Shown: one piece after another, positions 52,194 through 64,000 of the stretch
How the letters are laid out: each line of letters opens with the position of its first letter
Position numbering within the stretch: the first letter of the stretch is position 1
Assembly: GCA_963678065.2 (NCBI GenBank)
Contig: CAXXVZ010000002.1
Span: 480,001-544,000, forward strand
DNA: 64,000 bases
Reading direction: 5' to 3'
From: Treponemataceae bacterium
GTDB taxonomy: Bacteria > Spirochaetota > Spirochaetia > Treponematales > Rectinemataceae
Notes under the pieces: generated by a model
Told to the model about the DNA's origin: nothing
The model's input: only the letters and a program-made list of their open reading frames with translations
Database searches by the model: none
Made by a program: the position numbers and the translations under genes

Positions 52194-54824
52194 ATGAAGT
52201 ACGGCCATTTCGACGACAAAGCCCGCGAATACGTCATCACCCGCCCCGATACGCCCTTCCCCTGGCTCAACTACCTGGGTCAGAACGATTTTTTCGGCCT
52301 GTGCACCAACACCGCGGGAGGCTACACCTTCTGGAAGGACGCGCGCTTCCGCCGCCTGACCCGCTACCGCTACAACAACGTCCCCACCGATCTCGGCGGG
52401 CGCTACCTATATGTCAACGATTCGGGCTCTGTCTGGAATCCCGGATGGAAGCCGGTCAAAGCGAAGCTCGACCGCTACGAGTGCCGCCACGGCATGGGCT
52501 ACACGAGGATCCTGGGGGAAAAGGACGGCCTGGAAGTCATCCAGACCATGTTCGTCCCGCTGGACGAAAACCTCGAGCTCTGGAAGATCGAAGTCGCCAA
52601 CCCGGGGGCCGTGCACAAGTCCGTGAAGCTCTACTCTTACCAGGAGTTCGCATTCTACGAAGCCCTGAACGATATGACCAACTACCAGCGCACCTGGTCT
52701 ATCGGAGAGGTCGAGGTCGAAGGCGGGGCCATCTACCACAAGACCGAGTACCGCGAGCGGCGCAACCACTACACGCTCTTCGCCTGCACCCGGCCCGTCT
52801 CGGGCTTCGATACCGACCGCGATGTCTTCGTCGGTGTCCACGAAGGGCTGCACGAGGCCCGCGTGCCCTTCGCGGGCGCAGCCGCAAACAGCATCGTCTG
52901 TGGCTGGAATCCGGTCGGCAGCCACGAAATCAGCCTCGAACTCGAGCCGGGGCAGCGGGAAAGCTTTGCCTTCATCCTCGCATACGTCGACCGGGACCTC
53001 GGAGGATCCGCTGTCGGAACCCCGACAAGGACCGCTGGCGTTCGTGGCGCGGGCGGTGAAAACTCATCGCCGAAAGCGGACAAGTTCACGGCTCCCGGCG
53101 TCATGGACAAGACCGAAGGCCGGGCAATCGTCGCACGCTACAGCTCTCCCGGCGCCGTCGACGCCGCCTTCGCCGCGCTGAAAGAGTACTGGGATCGCAG
53201 CCTCGCAGCCTTTGTGGCGGACTGCCCCGATCCCCACCTCTCGCGCATGGCCAGCATCTGGAACCAGTATCAGTGCATGGCCACCTTCAACCTGAGCCGC
53301 GCCGCCTCGATGTATGAAACCGGCATAGGGCGAGGCATGGGCTTCCGCGACTCCAACCAGGACATACTCGGCTTTGTCCACATGATCCCCGGGCGCGCCC
53401 GCGCGCGCATCCTCGACATCGCCGGGACCCAGCTCTCCGACGGGACCTGCTACCACCAGTACCAGCCGCTCACGAAGAAGGGCAACGCCGACATCGGCGG
53501 CGAATTCTACGACGACCACCTCTGGCTCATCCTCTCCACGGCAGCCTACATAAAGGAAACGGGCGACCTCTCCATCCTCGATGAAGCCTGCGGCTACGCC
53601 GATGGAGTATACGACAGCGAAGATACAGGTCACGAGGGCGGGGCTGCCCGGAATGCCGCGCCGCGCGTCCGCGAGACCCTCCTCCATCACCTCGAGACCT
53701 CGATCGCCTACACCATGAAGAAGCGCGGCCCCCGCGGCCTGCCGCTCATCGGCCACGCCGACTGGAACGACTGCCTCAACCTGAACTGCTTCTCGACCGA
53801 GCCCAACGAGAGCTTCCAGGCCTCAGGCGATGTGAAAAATTCGCAGGCCGAATCGGTCATGATCGCGGGGCTCTTCCTCTACGCGGCGCGCGAGCTGGCC
53901 GAACTCTACGGCTTCATGGGCAGGGCGGACGACGCGGCGCGCATCGCCCGTCTCCGGGACGAGATGCTGAAGACCGTGGAGCGCGTGGCCTGGGACGGCG
54001 CGTGGTACACCCGCGCCTACGACGCCGCCGGCAGGGTCATCGGTTCGAAAACAAACGACGAGGGGCAGATCTTCATCGAGAGCCAGGGCTGGTGCATCCT
54101 CGGCGGGGCGGGGATCGACAACGGGCGCGCCCGACGCGCCCTCCAAAGCGTGCACGAGCGCCTCTACACACCCGACGGCATCATCCTCCAGCAGCCCGCC
54201 TACTCGACCTATCGCCCCGAACTCGGCGAGATCAGCTCCTACCCGCCCGGCGTCAAGGAAAACGCGGGCATCTTCTCGCACAACAACACCTGGATTCACC
54301 TCGCCTTGAGCCTCCTCGGCGAGGGGGAGCGCGCACTCGAGTACTACCTCTCGATCTGCCCCTCGGCCAAGGAATCCAAAATCGACACCTACCGCTCCGA
54401 GCCCTACGTCTACGCCCAGATGACGGCGGGCCGCGATTCTCCGCGCGCAGGGGAGGCCAAGAACAGCTGGCTCACCGGCACGGCGGCATGGTCTTTCGTA
54501 TCCGCCAGCCAGGGCATACTCGGCGTGAAACCCGGCTATTCTGGCCTCGTCGTCGATCCCTGCATCCCGAAATCCTGGCCTAGCTTCACCGTCACGCGGG
54601 TTTTCCGCGGCGCAACCTACCATATAGATGTGAAGAACCCCGCCGGAGTCTGTGCGGGTGTCGTTTCGGCTACCGTGGACGGCCGGCCCCTCGTCCCCGA
54701 GAGCGGGATCGGCAATGGCAGCACAGCCGTGGCCGGCGGAGAGGGCAGCGACGGGCGCAAAGCCGTCCGCCTTCCGGTATTCCCCGCCGGAACCACACAC
54801 AGGGTCGAGGTGGTCCTGGGCTGA
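52194..54824 (+). CDS. GH94 cellobiose phosphorylase
   Basis: MKYGHFDD, GRGMGFRDSNQD, YHQYQPLTKKGN, ADWNDCL, KENAGIF, SWLTGTA. Confidence 0.9.
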   Translation: MKYGHFDDKAREYVITRPDTPFPWLNYLGQNDFFGLCTNTAGGYTFWKDARFRRLTRYRYNNVPTDLGGRYLYVNDSGSVWNPGWKPVKAKLDRYECRHGMGYTRILGEKDGLEVIQTMFVPLDENLELWKIEVANPGAVHKSVKLYSYQEFAFYEALNDMTNYQRTWSIGEVEVEGGAIYHKTEYRERRNHYTLFACTRPVSGFDTDRDVFVGVHEGLHEARVPFAGAAANSIVCGWNPVGSHEISLELEPGQRESFAFILAYVDRDLGGSAVGTPTRTAGVRGAGGENSSPKADKFTAPGVMDKTEGRAIVARYSSPGAVDAAFAALKEYWDRSLAAFVADCPDPHLSRMASIWNQYQCMATFNLSRAASMYETGIGRGMGFRDSNQDILGFVHMIPGRARARILDIAGTQLSDGTCYHQYQPLTKKGNADIGGEFYDDHLWLILSTAAYIKETGDLSILDEACGYADGVYDSEDTGHEGGAARNAAPRVRETLLHHLETSIAYTMKKRGPRGLPLIGHADWNDCLNLNCFSTEPNESFQASGDVKNSQAESVMIAGLFLYAARELAELYGFMGRADDAARIARLRDEMLKTVERVAWDGAWYTRAYDAAGRVIGSKTNDEGQIFIESQGWCILGGAGIDNGRARRALQSVHERLYTPDGIILQQPAYSTYRPELGEISSYPPGVKENAGIFSHNNTWIHLALSLLGEGERALEYYLSICPSAKESKIDTYRSEPYVYAQMTAGRDSPRAGEAKNSWLTGTAAWSFVSASQGILGVKPGYSGLVVDPCIPKSWPSFTVTRVFRGATYHIDVKNPAGVCAGVVSATVDGRPLVPESGIGNGSTAVAGGEGSDGRKAVRLPVFPAGTTHRVEVVLG

Positions 54825-54936
54825 AGCTGCCCTTCTCGCGTCACGGCAGCATCCTTAAGCCTCGCGGCGCCATGAATTCCGAAAGCCGGCCAACCGGGGC
54901 CTCGTGACCTTTTTGTCGATACTATCCTGAATTGCA

Positions 54937-56187
54937 TCAGGCCGTTTCGGCGATATCGACCGCGACGATGCGCCTGTCCCAGCGGTCGACGAATGTGGCG
55001 CCTGCCGCCCAGCACAGGCATAGCGCCGCAGTCGCCACCCACAGAACCGGATGCCCGCCGTCTTTCAGCACCGGCCCGGCGACGAGGGGCCCGACCGTCC
55101 AGCCCGCGGAATAGAACACGCCCATGAATGACTGGAATGAGGCGCGCCAGTTCGCGGGGGAATGCTTCGCGACGAATACACCCATGTTGACCGCGGCCAC
55201 GATCTCTCCCACCGTCCAGATGAAGGTCGAAACCGCGAAACCGGCCTTCCCGAGGGAGAACGCGAGCATGCCGAAGCCGATCACGTAGAAGCCCCCCGAG
55301 TACGCCATGCAGGCGAGAGGCGTCTTCGTCCGGAGCAGCCGCGCTATCGGTATCGAAAAGAGTATGACGGTGACTGCGTTGAGCGACATCACGAAGCCCA
55401 TGAAGCGGGGACCGTCGGCCCCGAGGGCCTCGGATATTTTCAGAGGCAGGCCGAAACCGGACTGCGAGTACGTGATGCTGTTGAGAAGGGTGAGTCCCGC
55501 GAAGGCGACGAGTATGGGCCGGGCGACGAAGGCCCGCAGGGCGCCCCGCTCGTCGTGCTTTTCCAGCGAAGTCGTCGCGTGCGAGAGGGCGGGCACATGG
55601 ACCCCGCGCGCGATCAGGAAAACCGAGGCGATGGTCGAGAGCGCGTCGCCGCGGAAGAGCCAGGGAATGCTCCGGTCAAAGAGGAAGGCCGCCACGAGAG
55701 GGCCGATCGCGACGCCGACATTGATCGACCAGTACTGCAGCCCGAAAACTTCCTTCCGCCGCCCCGCCGGGGAGAGATCGGTGAGCACGGCGCTTATGAG
55801 GGGCCGGGCGCCGCCCCGGAAAATGCTTCCCGCGACGATGAGCCAGGGCGCCCAGGCGTAGGCGTAGAGGAAACTCAGGGAAAAGTTGACGAGGCCCGCC
55901 GCCGCCTGACAGAGGAGGAGAGCCCGCTTGCGTCCGACCCTGTCAGCTATCCGTCCGGAAAGCAAGGACCCCGCCATCGATGCAGCGAAAACGAGCGAAA
56001 TCGTAGTCCCCGTTTTGATCGCGTCGAATCCGAGAATGCGAGAAAGATAGAGCGCGAGAAAAGCCCCGATAAAATCCCCGAAACGGTTGATCATGGTCGC
56101 GAAAAACATCGACCACAGAGAGCCGCCCAAACCCCGGTACGGGGCGATCAGTCTTTCAAACAGAGGGCGGTTTGTCGTTTTTCCCAT
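54937..56187 (-). CDS. MFS transporter
   Basis: About 12 TM helices; GRIADRVGRK motif A; NVGVAIGP. Confidence 0.9.
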   Translation of the reverse strand: MGKTTNRPLFERLIAPYRGLGGSLWSMFFATMINRFGDFIGAFLALYLSRILGFDAIKTGTTISLVFAASMAGSLLSGRIADRVGRKRALLLCQAAAGLVNFSLSFLYAYAWAPWLIVAGSIFRGGARPLISAVLTDLSPAGRRKEVFGLQYWSINVGVAIGPLVAAFLFDRSIPWLFRGDALSTIASVFLIARGVHVPALSHATTSLEKHDERGALRAFVARPILVAFAGLTLLNSITYSQSGFGLPLKISEALGADGPRFMGFVMSLNAVTVILFSIPIARLLRTKTPLACMAYSGGFYVIGFGMLAFSLGKAGFAVSTFIWTVGEIVAAVNMGVFVAKHSPANWRASFQSFMGVFYSAGWTVGPLVAGPVLKDGGHPVLWVATAALCLCWAAGATFVDRWDRRIVAVDIAETA

Positions 56188-56234
56188 GGTGGAGCGATTA
56201 TACGGAAAAACTATCGCCTCATCCACCATTCATG

Positions 56235-56272
56235 TTGACAACACCACTATCATATGTTATCAATAACCTATG
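56235..56272 (+). promoter_or_regulatory. -35 hexamer and imperfect palindrome, candidate PadR operator
   Basis: TTGACA at 56235; CATATGTTAT-ca-ATAACCTATG at 56251-56272. Confidence 0.55.
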
Positions 56273-56322
56273 AATTCATGAACATCATCCTGAACGAAAC
56301 GTTTCAGGCGTGGGGAGGAGTT

Positions 56323-57174
56323 ATGGCAGGAGAATATGGAGCCGTTTTCAAATCGGAGCAGAGCGAAAAAACCGTTCTCGAGGCCTGCGATGCCGCTCTG
56401 GCGTCGTGGCCGGTTCCGTACAGGCTGGAGAGCGTTCCGACCCGCCTCGGCGATACGCGCGCCATTGTCTGCGGAACTCCCGGAGCTCCTCCCCTCGTTC
56501 TCCTCCATGGTTCCGGAACGAATTCCCTTTTCTGGAAAGGCGACATCGCCCGCTACGCCGCCGGATACCGCGTCTACGCCGTCGATATTCCCGGGGAACC
56601 GGGTTTCAGCTCGAGGGCGCGGGGAGACTGGAACGGCCCCGAGTATCCGGGATGGATCGGCGATGTCATGGAAGGCTTCGGACTTGGTCAGGCCGGTTTC
56701 GTCGGTTGTTCCATCGGCGGTTTTTTCTCGCTCCGCTTCGCGACCCTCCAGCCGGAAAAGGTGACGAGGCTCGTTCTCCTCGGAAGCTCCGGACTGGCCC
56801 GGCAGCGGCTCTCTTTTATTCCAAAGGCGCTTTTTTTTATGGCCTTCGGGCGGAGCGGAATCGACAGGATACTGAAAACCGTGAACGGCGGGGTTGCGTT
56901 GCCGGCGGAAGCCCTCGACTTCGCGAGGCTCCTCGCGATTCACTCCAATCCTCGCATGGGCCAGGTGCCCCTCATTCCCGACCAGGACCTGAAACGCCTC
57001 TCCATGCCCGTACTCGCCATCGGAGGGGAGAAGGATGCTCTCCTCGACACGCGAGCGAGCCTCGCCCGCCTCGCATCCCTCGTCCCGTCTTCGAAGATCC
57101 TCGAAATCGCGGGAACCGGCCACGTCGTGACCGGCATGATCGATACCATCATGGATTTTCTGGAGGAAGCCTGA
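56323..57174 (+). CDS. Alpha/beta hydrolase (carboxylesterase)
   Basis: LVLLHG, DIPG, GCSIGG, GEKD, GH; SD GGAGGAG. Confidence 0.88.
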   Translation: MAGEYGAVFKSEQSEKTVLEACDAALASWPVPYRLESVPTRLGDTRAIVCGTPGAPPLVLLHGSGTNSLFWKGDIARYAAGYRVYAVDIPGEPGFSSRARGDWNGPEYPGWIGDVMEGFGLGQAGFVGCSIGGFFSLRFATLQPEKVTRLVLLGSSGLARQRLSFIPKALFFMAFGRSGIDRILKTVNGGVALPAEALDFARLLAIHSNPRMGQVPLIPDQDLKRLSMPVLAIGGEKDALLDTRASLARLASLVPSSKILEIAGTGHVVTGMIDTIMDFLEEA

Positions 57175-57722
57175 TGTCGCTGCCCCACACCATTCTCGGC
57201 ATGCTGGACTGGAAGCCCTTCACGGGCTACGACCTGAAGAAGCGCATTTCGCGGGCCGAATTCCTTCCCTGGTCCGGCAACAGCAACCAGATCTACAAGT
57301 CCCTGCTCGAACTCGCCAGAGCCGGATACGTCAGCTGCGAGGTCACGCATCAGGACGACGGACCGACAAAGAAAATCTACACGATCACGGATTCAGGGCG
57401 AGGGGAACTCAAGCGCTGGCTCCGGTCGAAGCCCGAAGCCCCGGAAATCCGGAACCTCTTCCTCGCGCAGCTCTCCTGGGGCGATCTTCTCGATCCAGCG
57501 GAGCTGGACACCCTCATCCTCGCATACGAGGAGGAGGTGCAAGGACAGCTCCTCATGGCGCAGGAGGAAATGCGGCGGGGAACCGACACCCCGCGCAGAA
57601 CCGCCCGCGAGGCCTTCCTCTGGGAGATGATCGCCGGGAACCGCGTGAACGCCCTCGAGGCCGAGCTCTTGTGGGTATACCGCCTCAGAAACGGAATCCC
57701 GGCAGCCAGGACTGCTTCATGA
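57174..57722 (+). CDS. PadR-family regulator with C-terminal helical domain
   Basis: ILGML, TGYDLKK, QIYKSL, KKIYTITDSGR; TGATG coupling. Confidence 0.9.
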   Translation: MSLPHTILGMLDWKPFTGYDLKKRISRAEFLPWSGNSNQIYKSLLELARAGYVSCEVTHQDDGPTKKIYTITDSGRGELKRWLRSKPEAPEIRNLFLAQLSWGDLLDPAELDTLILAYEEEVQGQLLMAQEEMRRGTDTPRRTAREAFLWEMIAGNRVNALEAELLWVYRLRNGIPAARTAS

Positions 57723-59055
57723 TGTACATGGCCTCGTCAGCGCGCTGAAGCAGAGTATCCTGGTCGTCGCCATCGAGGTATTCCGCCGCGCCGATACTGG
57801 CTGTTATGAAAAACTCTTCATCCTGGAACAGGACGGGAATCTTGTTCAGGGATTTCCTGATACGCTCGACCACGACCGATGCCTGCCCCACGGTGGTCTC
57901 CGGCAGGGCGATCGCGAACTCGTCGCCGCCGAGACGCCCGACAAAATCGCTCTGGCGCAATCCCGACAGGTCGATCGCCTTGACCAGAGTCCTGAGCGCC
58001 TCGTCGCCCGCCGCGTGCCCCCGCGAATCGTTCACCGCCTTGAATCTGTCGATATCGAGCACGAGAACGGAGAGAGGCCTGCGATACCTGGCGCTGCGCT
58101 GGATTTCCGCCCTGAAGAGATGCATGAAGTGCGCGCGGTTGGAGATGCCGGTCAGAAAATCGGTGGTGGCCTGGCGCAGCAGGGCATCTTGGAGCCTCTT
58201 CCTCTCGTCGAGATCGACCTGGAGTTCCTCGTGGAGAGCCGCGTTCTCGACCGCAATCGAGGCGAGATCGGCGAATCTTCCGAGAACATCCATCTCCGTC
58301 TCGCTGAAAACCGAACCCGCCTCCGCACGGCTGACTCCGATTACCCCGACGATTCGTTGACCGGATTTGAGCGGGACCGCGGCGATGGCGCGGAAACCCG
58401 CTTTGTCGTATGTTTTGGCCCTCCCTGCCCAGGATGAATAGTCCGTGACCATCATCGCCTGTCCTGTCTGCCAGACCTGCCCCGAGAGACCCTCTCCGGA
58501 TTTCAGCCTGCTTCCGATGATTCCGGAAAATACGCCTATCCCGAGCTTGACTTCGAGATATTCGCCGTCGGGTTTTGCCAGGTAGAGATAGCCGTGCGGA
58601 GTCCCCAGCAGAGCCGCGGCGCGGGTCACGATATCCGACAGGGCCTGGTTCAGATCGCGGTGATTGATGAGACCGAGGCTGGTTTCGTGCAGCGCGGCCA
58701 GATATGCGTCGTGACTCCGAACATGATCTTCGGAGCGCCTTTTCACTTCCGCGAAACGCAGCATCAGCTCGGCCACGATCCCCGTCGACAGGAGAAAAAC
58801 GACGATAGAGGCTGGTGGAACAGGCGATTTTATCCTGAATGCCACCGCGGGGCCGGCAGCCAAAATGCCGACGATGCCGAGCATGATCAGATATGTGCGC
58901 CGGGGGTAGCGGGCTGTGCTGAGGACGACAGGTCCCGCGAGCATGATGAGCCAGGGATCGGGCAGACCGTGAGCGATCGACAGCGCTCCCGTCACAGCCG
59001 ACAGCGAGAAATAAACCGCCAGCCAGATGCCCTCCGAAGGCCAGAGAATTTTCAA
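57685..59055 (-). CDS. Membrane GAF-GGDEF diguanylate cyclase
   Basis: N-terminal TMs, GAF, DFLTGISNR, DIDRFK, RQSD I-site, GGDEF. Confidence 0.92.
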   Translation of the reverse strand: MKILWPSEGIWLAVYFSLSAVTGALSIAHGLPDPWLIMLAGPVVLSTARYPRRTYLIMLGIVGILAAGPAVAFRIKSPVPPASIVVFLLSTGIVAELMLRFAEVKRRSEDHVRSHDAYLAALHETSLGLINHRDLNQALSDIVTRAAALLGTPHGYLYLAKPDGEYLEVKLGIGVFSGIIGSRLKSGEGLSGQVWQTGQAMMVTDYSSWAGRAKTYDKAGFRAIAAVPLKSGQRIVGVIGVSRAEAGSVFSETEMDVLGRFADLASIAVENAALHEELQVDLDERKRLQDALLRQATTDFLTGISNRAHFMHLFRAEIQRSARYRRPLSVLVLDIDRFKAVNDSRGHAAGDEALRTLVKAIDLSGLRQSDFVGRLGGDEFAIALPETTVGQASVVVERIRKSLNKIPVLFQDEEFFITASIGAAEYLDGDDQDTLLQRADEAMYIMKQSWLPGFRF

Positions 59056-59248
59056 TCTGAATCGCCCCCTGACATCGCGGAACGGAGGAAAAAATTAAGG
59101 AGTGTTTACTTTAATCCAAATTCGTCATTCTGTCGAGATACTCCACATATCGCACTCGTGGCATGGAATTGCGGAATCCGGCCACGACGAGGGAACCCGG
59201 GCTTTCAATCCGGCTTGTTCTTTACGTATACTGCGCAGACAGTTCAAC

Positions 59249-60019
59249 ATGGCAACCATCATGATCGACACTGCTCACGCGCCGGCTCCGCCCATTGCGG
59301 ATGTCGCCGCTATCCTCCTGCGGCGCTACGGTCCGTGGCCCGACGAGAGCTCAGGACCTGTCCTGGACCAGCTCGTCTGGTTTCTCCTCAGCACGAGGAC
59401 GACGGTGGAGAACTGCGAGGCGGCCTACGCCGCTCTCCGCTCCCGCTACCCGACATGGGACGATCTGGCCACGGCGCGGGAAGAGGATCTCTATGCCCCC
59501 CTGCGTCCCGCCGGCCTTTTCCGCGCGCGGGCGAAGAATCTCCTTTCCGCCCTGACCGCCATTCAGGCGCGATTCGGCTTTGCAAGTCTCGAGGCTCTCA
59601 GATCCTGGAGCGACGGCGGGTGCGAGACCTTCCTTCTGTCGCTGCCCGGGGCAGGACTCAAGGTCGCGCGCTGCGTCATGTCCTTCGGCCTCAGGCGGCG
59701 GGTCTTCGCGGTGGACGCTCACATCTGGCGCGTGACTCGCCGCCTCGGCTGGCACGCATTCCCCGGCGAGGCTCCCTCGCGCCGCGGCGCCGACTTCCTC
59801 CAGTCCCTCGTCACCGAGGCGCCGACAGTGACTGAGTCCGCGGTCAATACCTCGACCGGGATCGCTGCCGAAGTCCCGGCCGGGACTGGCACGGACATCC
59901 TTTCCTTCCACGTCAACCTGATCCGCTTCGGAAGGGAATTCTGTCCTTCCGGCGAGCCGCGCTGCGTCGCCTGCCCCCTCGCGGGACTCTGCGCGAACTG
60001 CCTCGACGGCGCCGAATAG
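59249..60019 (+). CDS. Endonuclease III-like HhH-GPD DNA glycosylase with a 4Fe-4S cluster
   Basis: LPGAGLKVA HhH Lys, VDAH Asp, CPSGEPRCVACPLAGLC. Confidence 0.85.
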   Translation: MATIMIDTAHAPAPPIADVAAILLRRYGPWPDESSGPVLDQLVWFLLSTRTTVENCEAAYAALRSRYPTWDDLATAREEDLYAPLRPAGLFRARAKNLLSALTAIQARFGFASLEALRSWSDGGCETFLLSLPGAGLKVARCVMSFGLRRRVFAVDAHIWRVTRRLGWHAFPGEAPSRRGADFLQSLVTEAPTVTESAVNTSTGIAAEVPAGTGTDILSFHVNLIRFGREFCPSGEPRCVACPLAGLCANCLDGAE

Positions 60020-60051
60020 GCCGGGGACCCGAACCGTCGACCCGATACGCC

Positions 60052-60086
60052 TTGCCGCGGCCTCACACGACACCTACAATCGGTTC
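60052..60086 (+). promoter_or_regulatory. Sigma70 promoter for a probably leaderless mRNA
   Basis: TTGCCG-17-TACAAT-6-ATG, no SD. Confidence 0.6.
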
Positions 60087-63671
<3,585 letters not shown>

Positions 63672-63703
63672 ACGAGTTCATCTCCCCCCACGGAGGCTGA
63701 CTG

Positions 63704-64000
63704 ATGGGAAAAAAGAAACCGGTCCCCATGGCGATATGCTACGACTTCGACGGAACGCTCGCTCCGGGCAACATGCAGGAGTACAATTTCTTGCCCGCGA
63801 TACAGATCAAACCGGATGCATTCTGGGCCGAATCGAGAGCCCTCGCCGTGGGGCAGGACGCCGATGAGATTCTCGCGTACATGCGACTGATGCTGGATAA
63901 AGCGCGGGCCGCGAAAGTCAGCGTGACGAAAAGGGCGTTCCGCGATTTTGGTTCGACGATCGAGTTCTTTCCCGGCGTCGCGGATTGGTTCGCGCGCATC
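63704..64000 (+). CDS. HAD-superfamily hydrolase (partial, 5' end)
   Basis: MGKKKPVPMAICYDFDGTLAPGNMQE...FFPGVADWF; SD GGAGG; open to the window end. Confidence 0.85.
   Translation, partial: MGKKKPVPMAICYDFDGTLAPGNMQEYNFLPAIQIKPDAFWAESRALAVGQDADEILAYMRLMLDKARAAKVSVTKRAFRDFGSTIEFFPGVADWFARI

Noticed and set aside
56310..57722. 470-aa PadR fusion
   Set aside because: Its N-part is an off-frame read of the hydrolase; PadR starts at 57174

Overview
GC-rich bacterial chromosome segment. Protein styles (PhoU, Ppx, PstS) suggest a free-living spirochaete, but that is inference only. Left end (1-3470): the tail of a sugar-utilisation block (GH127, LacI), bounded by a truncated FGE/SUMF1 gene remnant and a degenerate 3' half of tRNA-Ile2/Met(CAT), which looks like an att scar. 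Next come a DUF4405 / tannase-like / OmpR-HK module and a ~38-kb phosphorus supercluster (8.4-46.4 kb). That cluster holds PIN-PhoH, PFK, ppk1-ppx, a complete C-P lyase operon (phnGHIJKM, acetyltransferase, phnL, PHP, phnDCEE), four calcineurin-like phosphoesterases, an ugp-like ABC operon, phoA and pstSCAB-phoU. Most of these promoters carry 11-bp-period Pho-box-like repeats. The right part holds NosP(FIST) plus a hybrid kinase, an Xre operon with two operators, cellobiose phosphorylase, MFS, hydrolase-PadR, a diguanylate cyclase, an EndoIII-like glycosylase, an EndoQ-UvrD fusion and a partial HAD gene. Best candidates for undescribed biology: (1) a divergent cluster of three unannotated proteins carrying four copies of one RHH-like domain (one fused tandem, two split) around a perfect 29-bp operator, directly ahead of ppx-ppk1; (2) a convergent active/pseudo-enzyme metallophosphoesterase paralog pair, both with Pho-box-like repeats; (3) an EndoIV-type TIM-barrel in place of ugpQ; (4) a tannase-fold protein with a flavinylation-like DVVSGAS motif next to DUF4405. 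No database searches were run; family calls come from recognised motifs.
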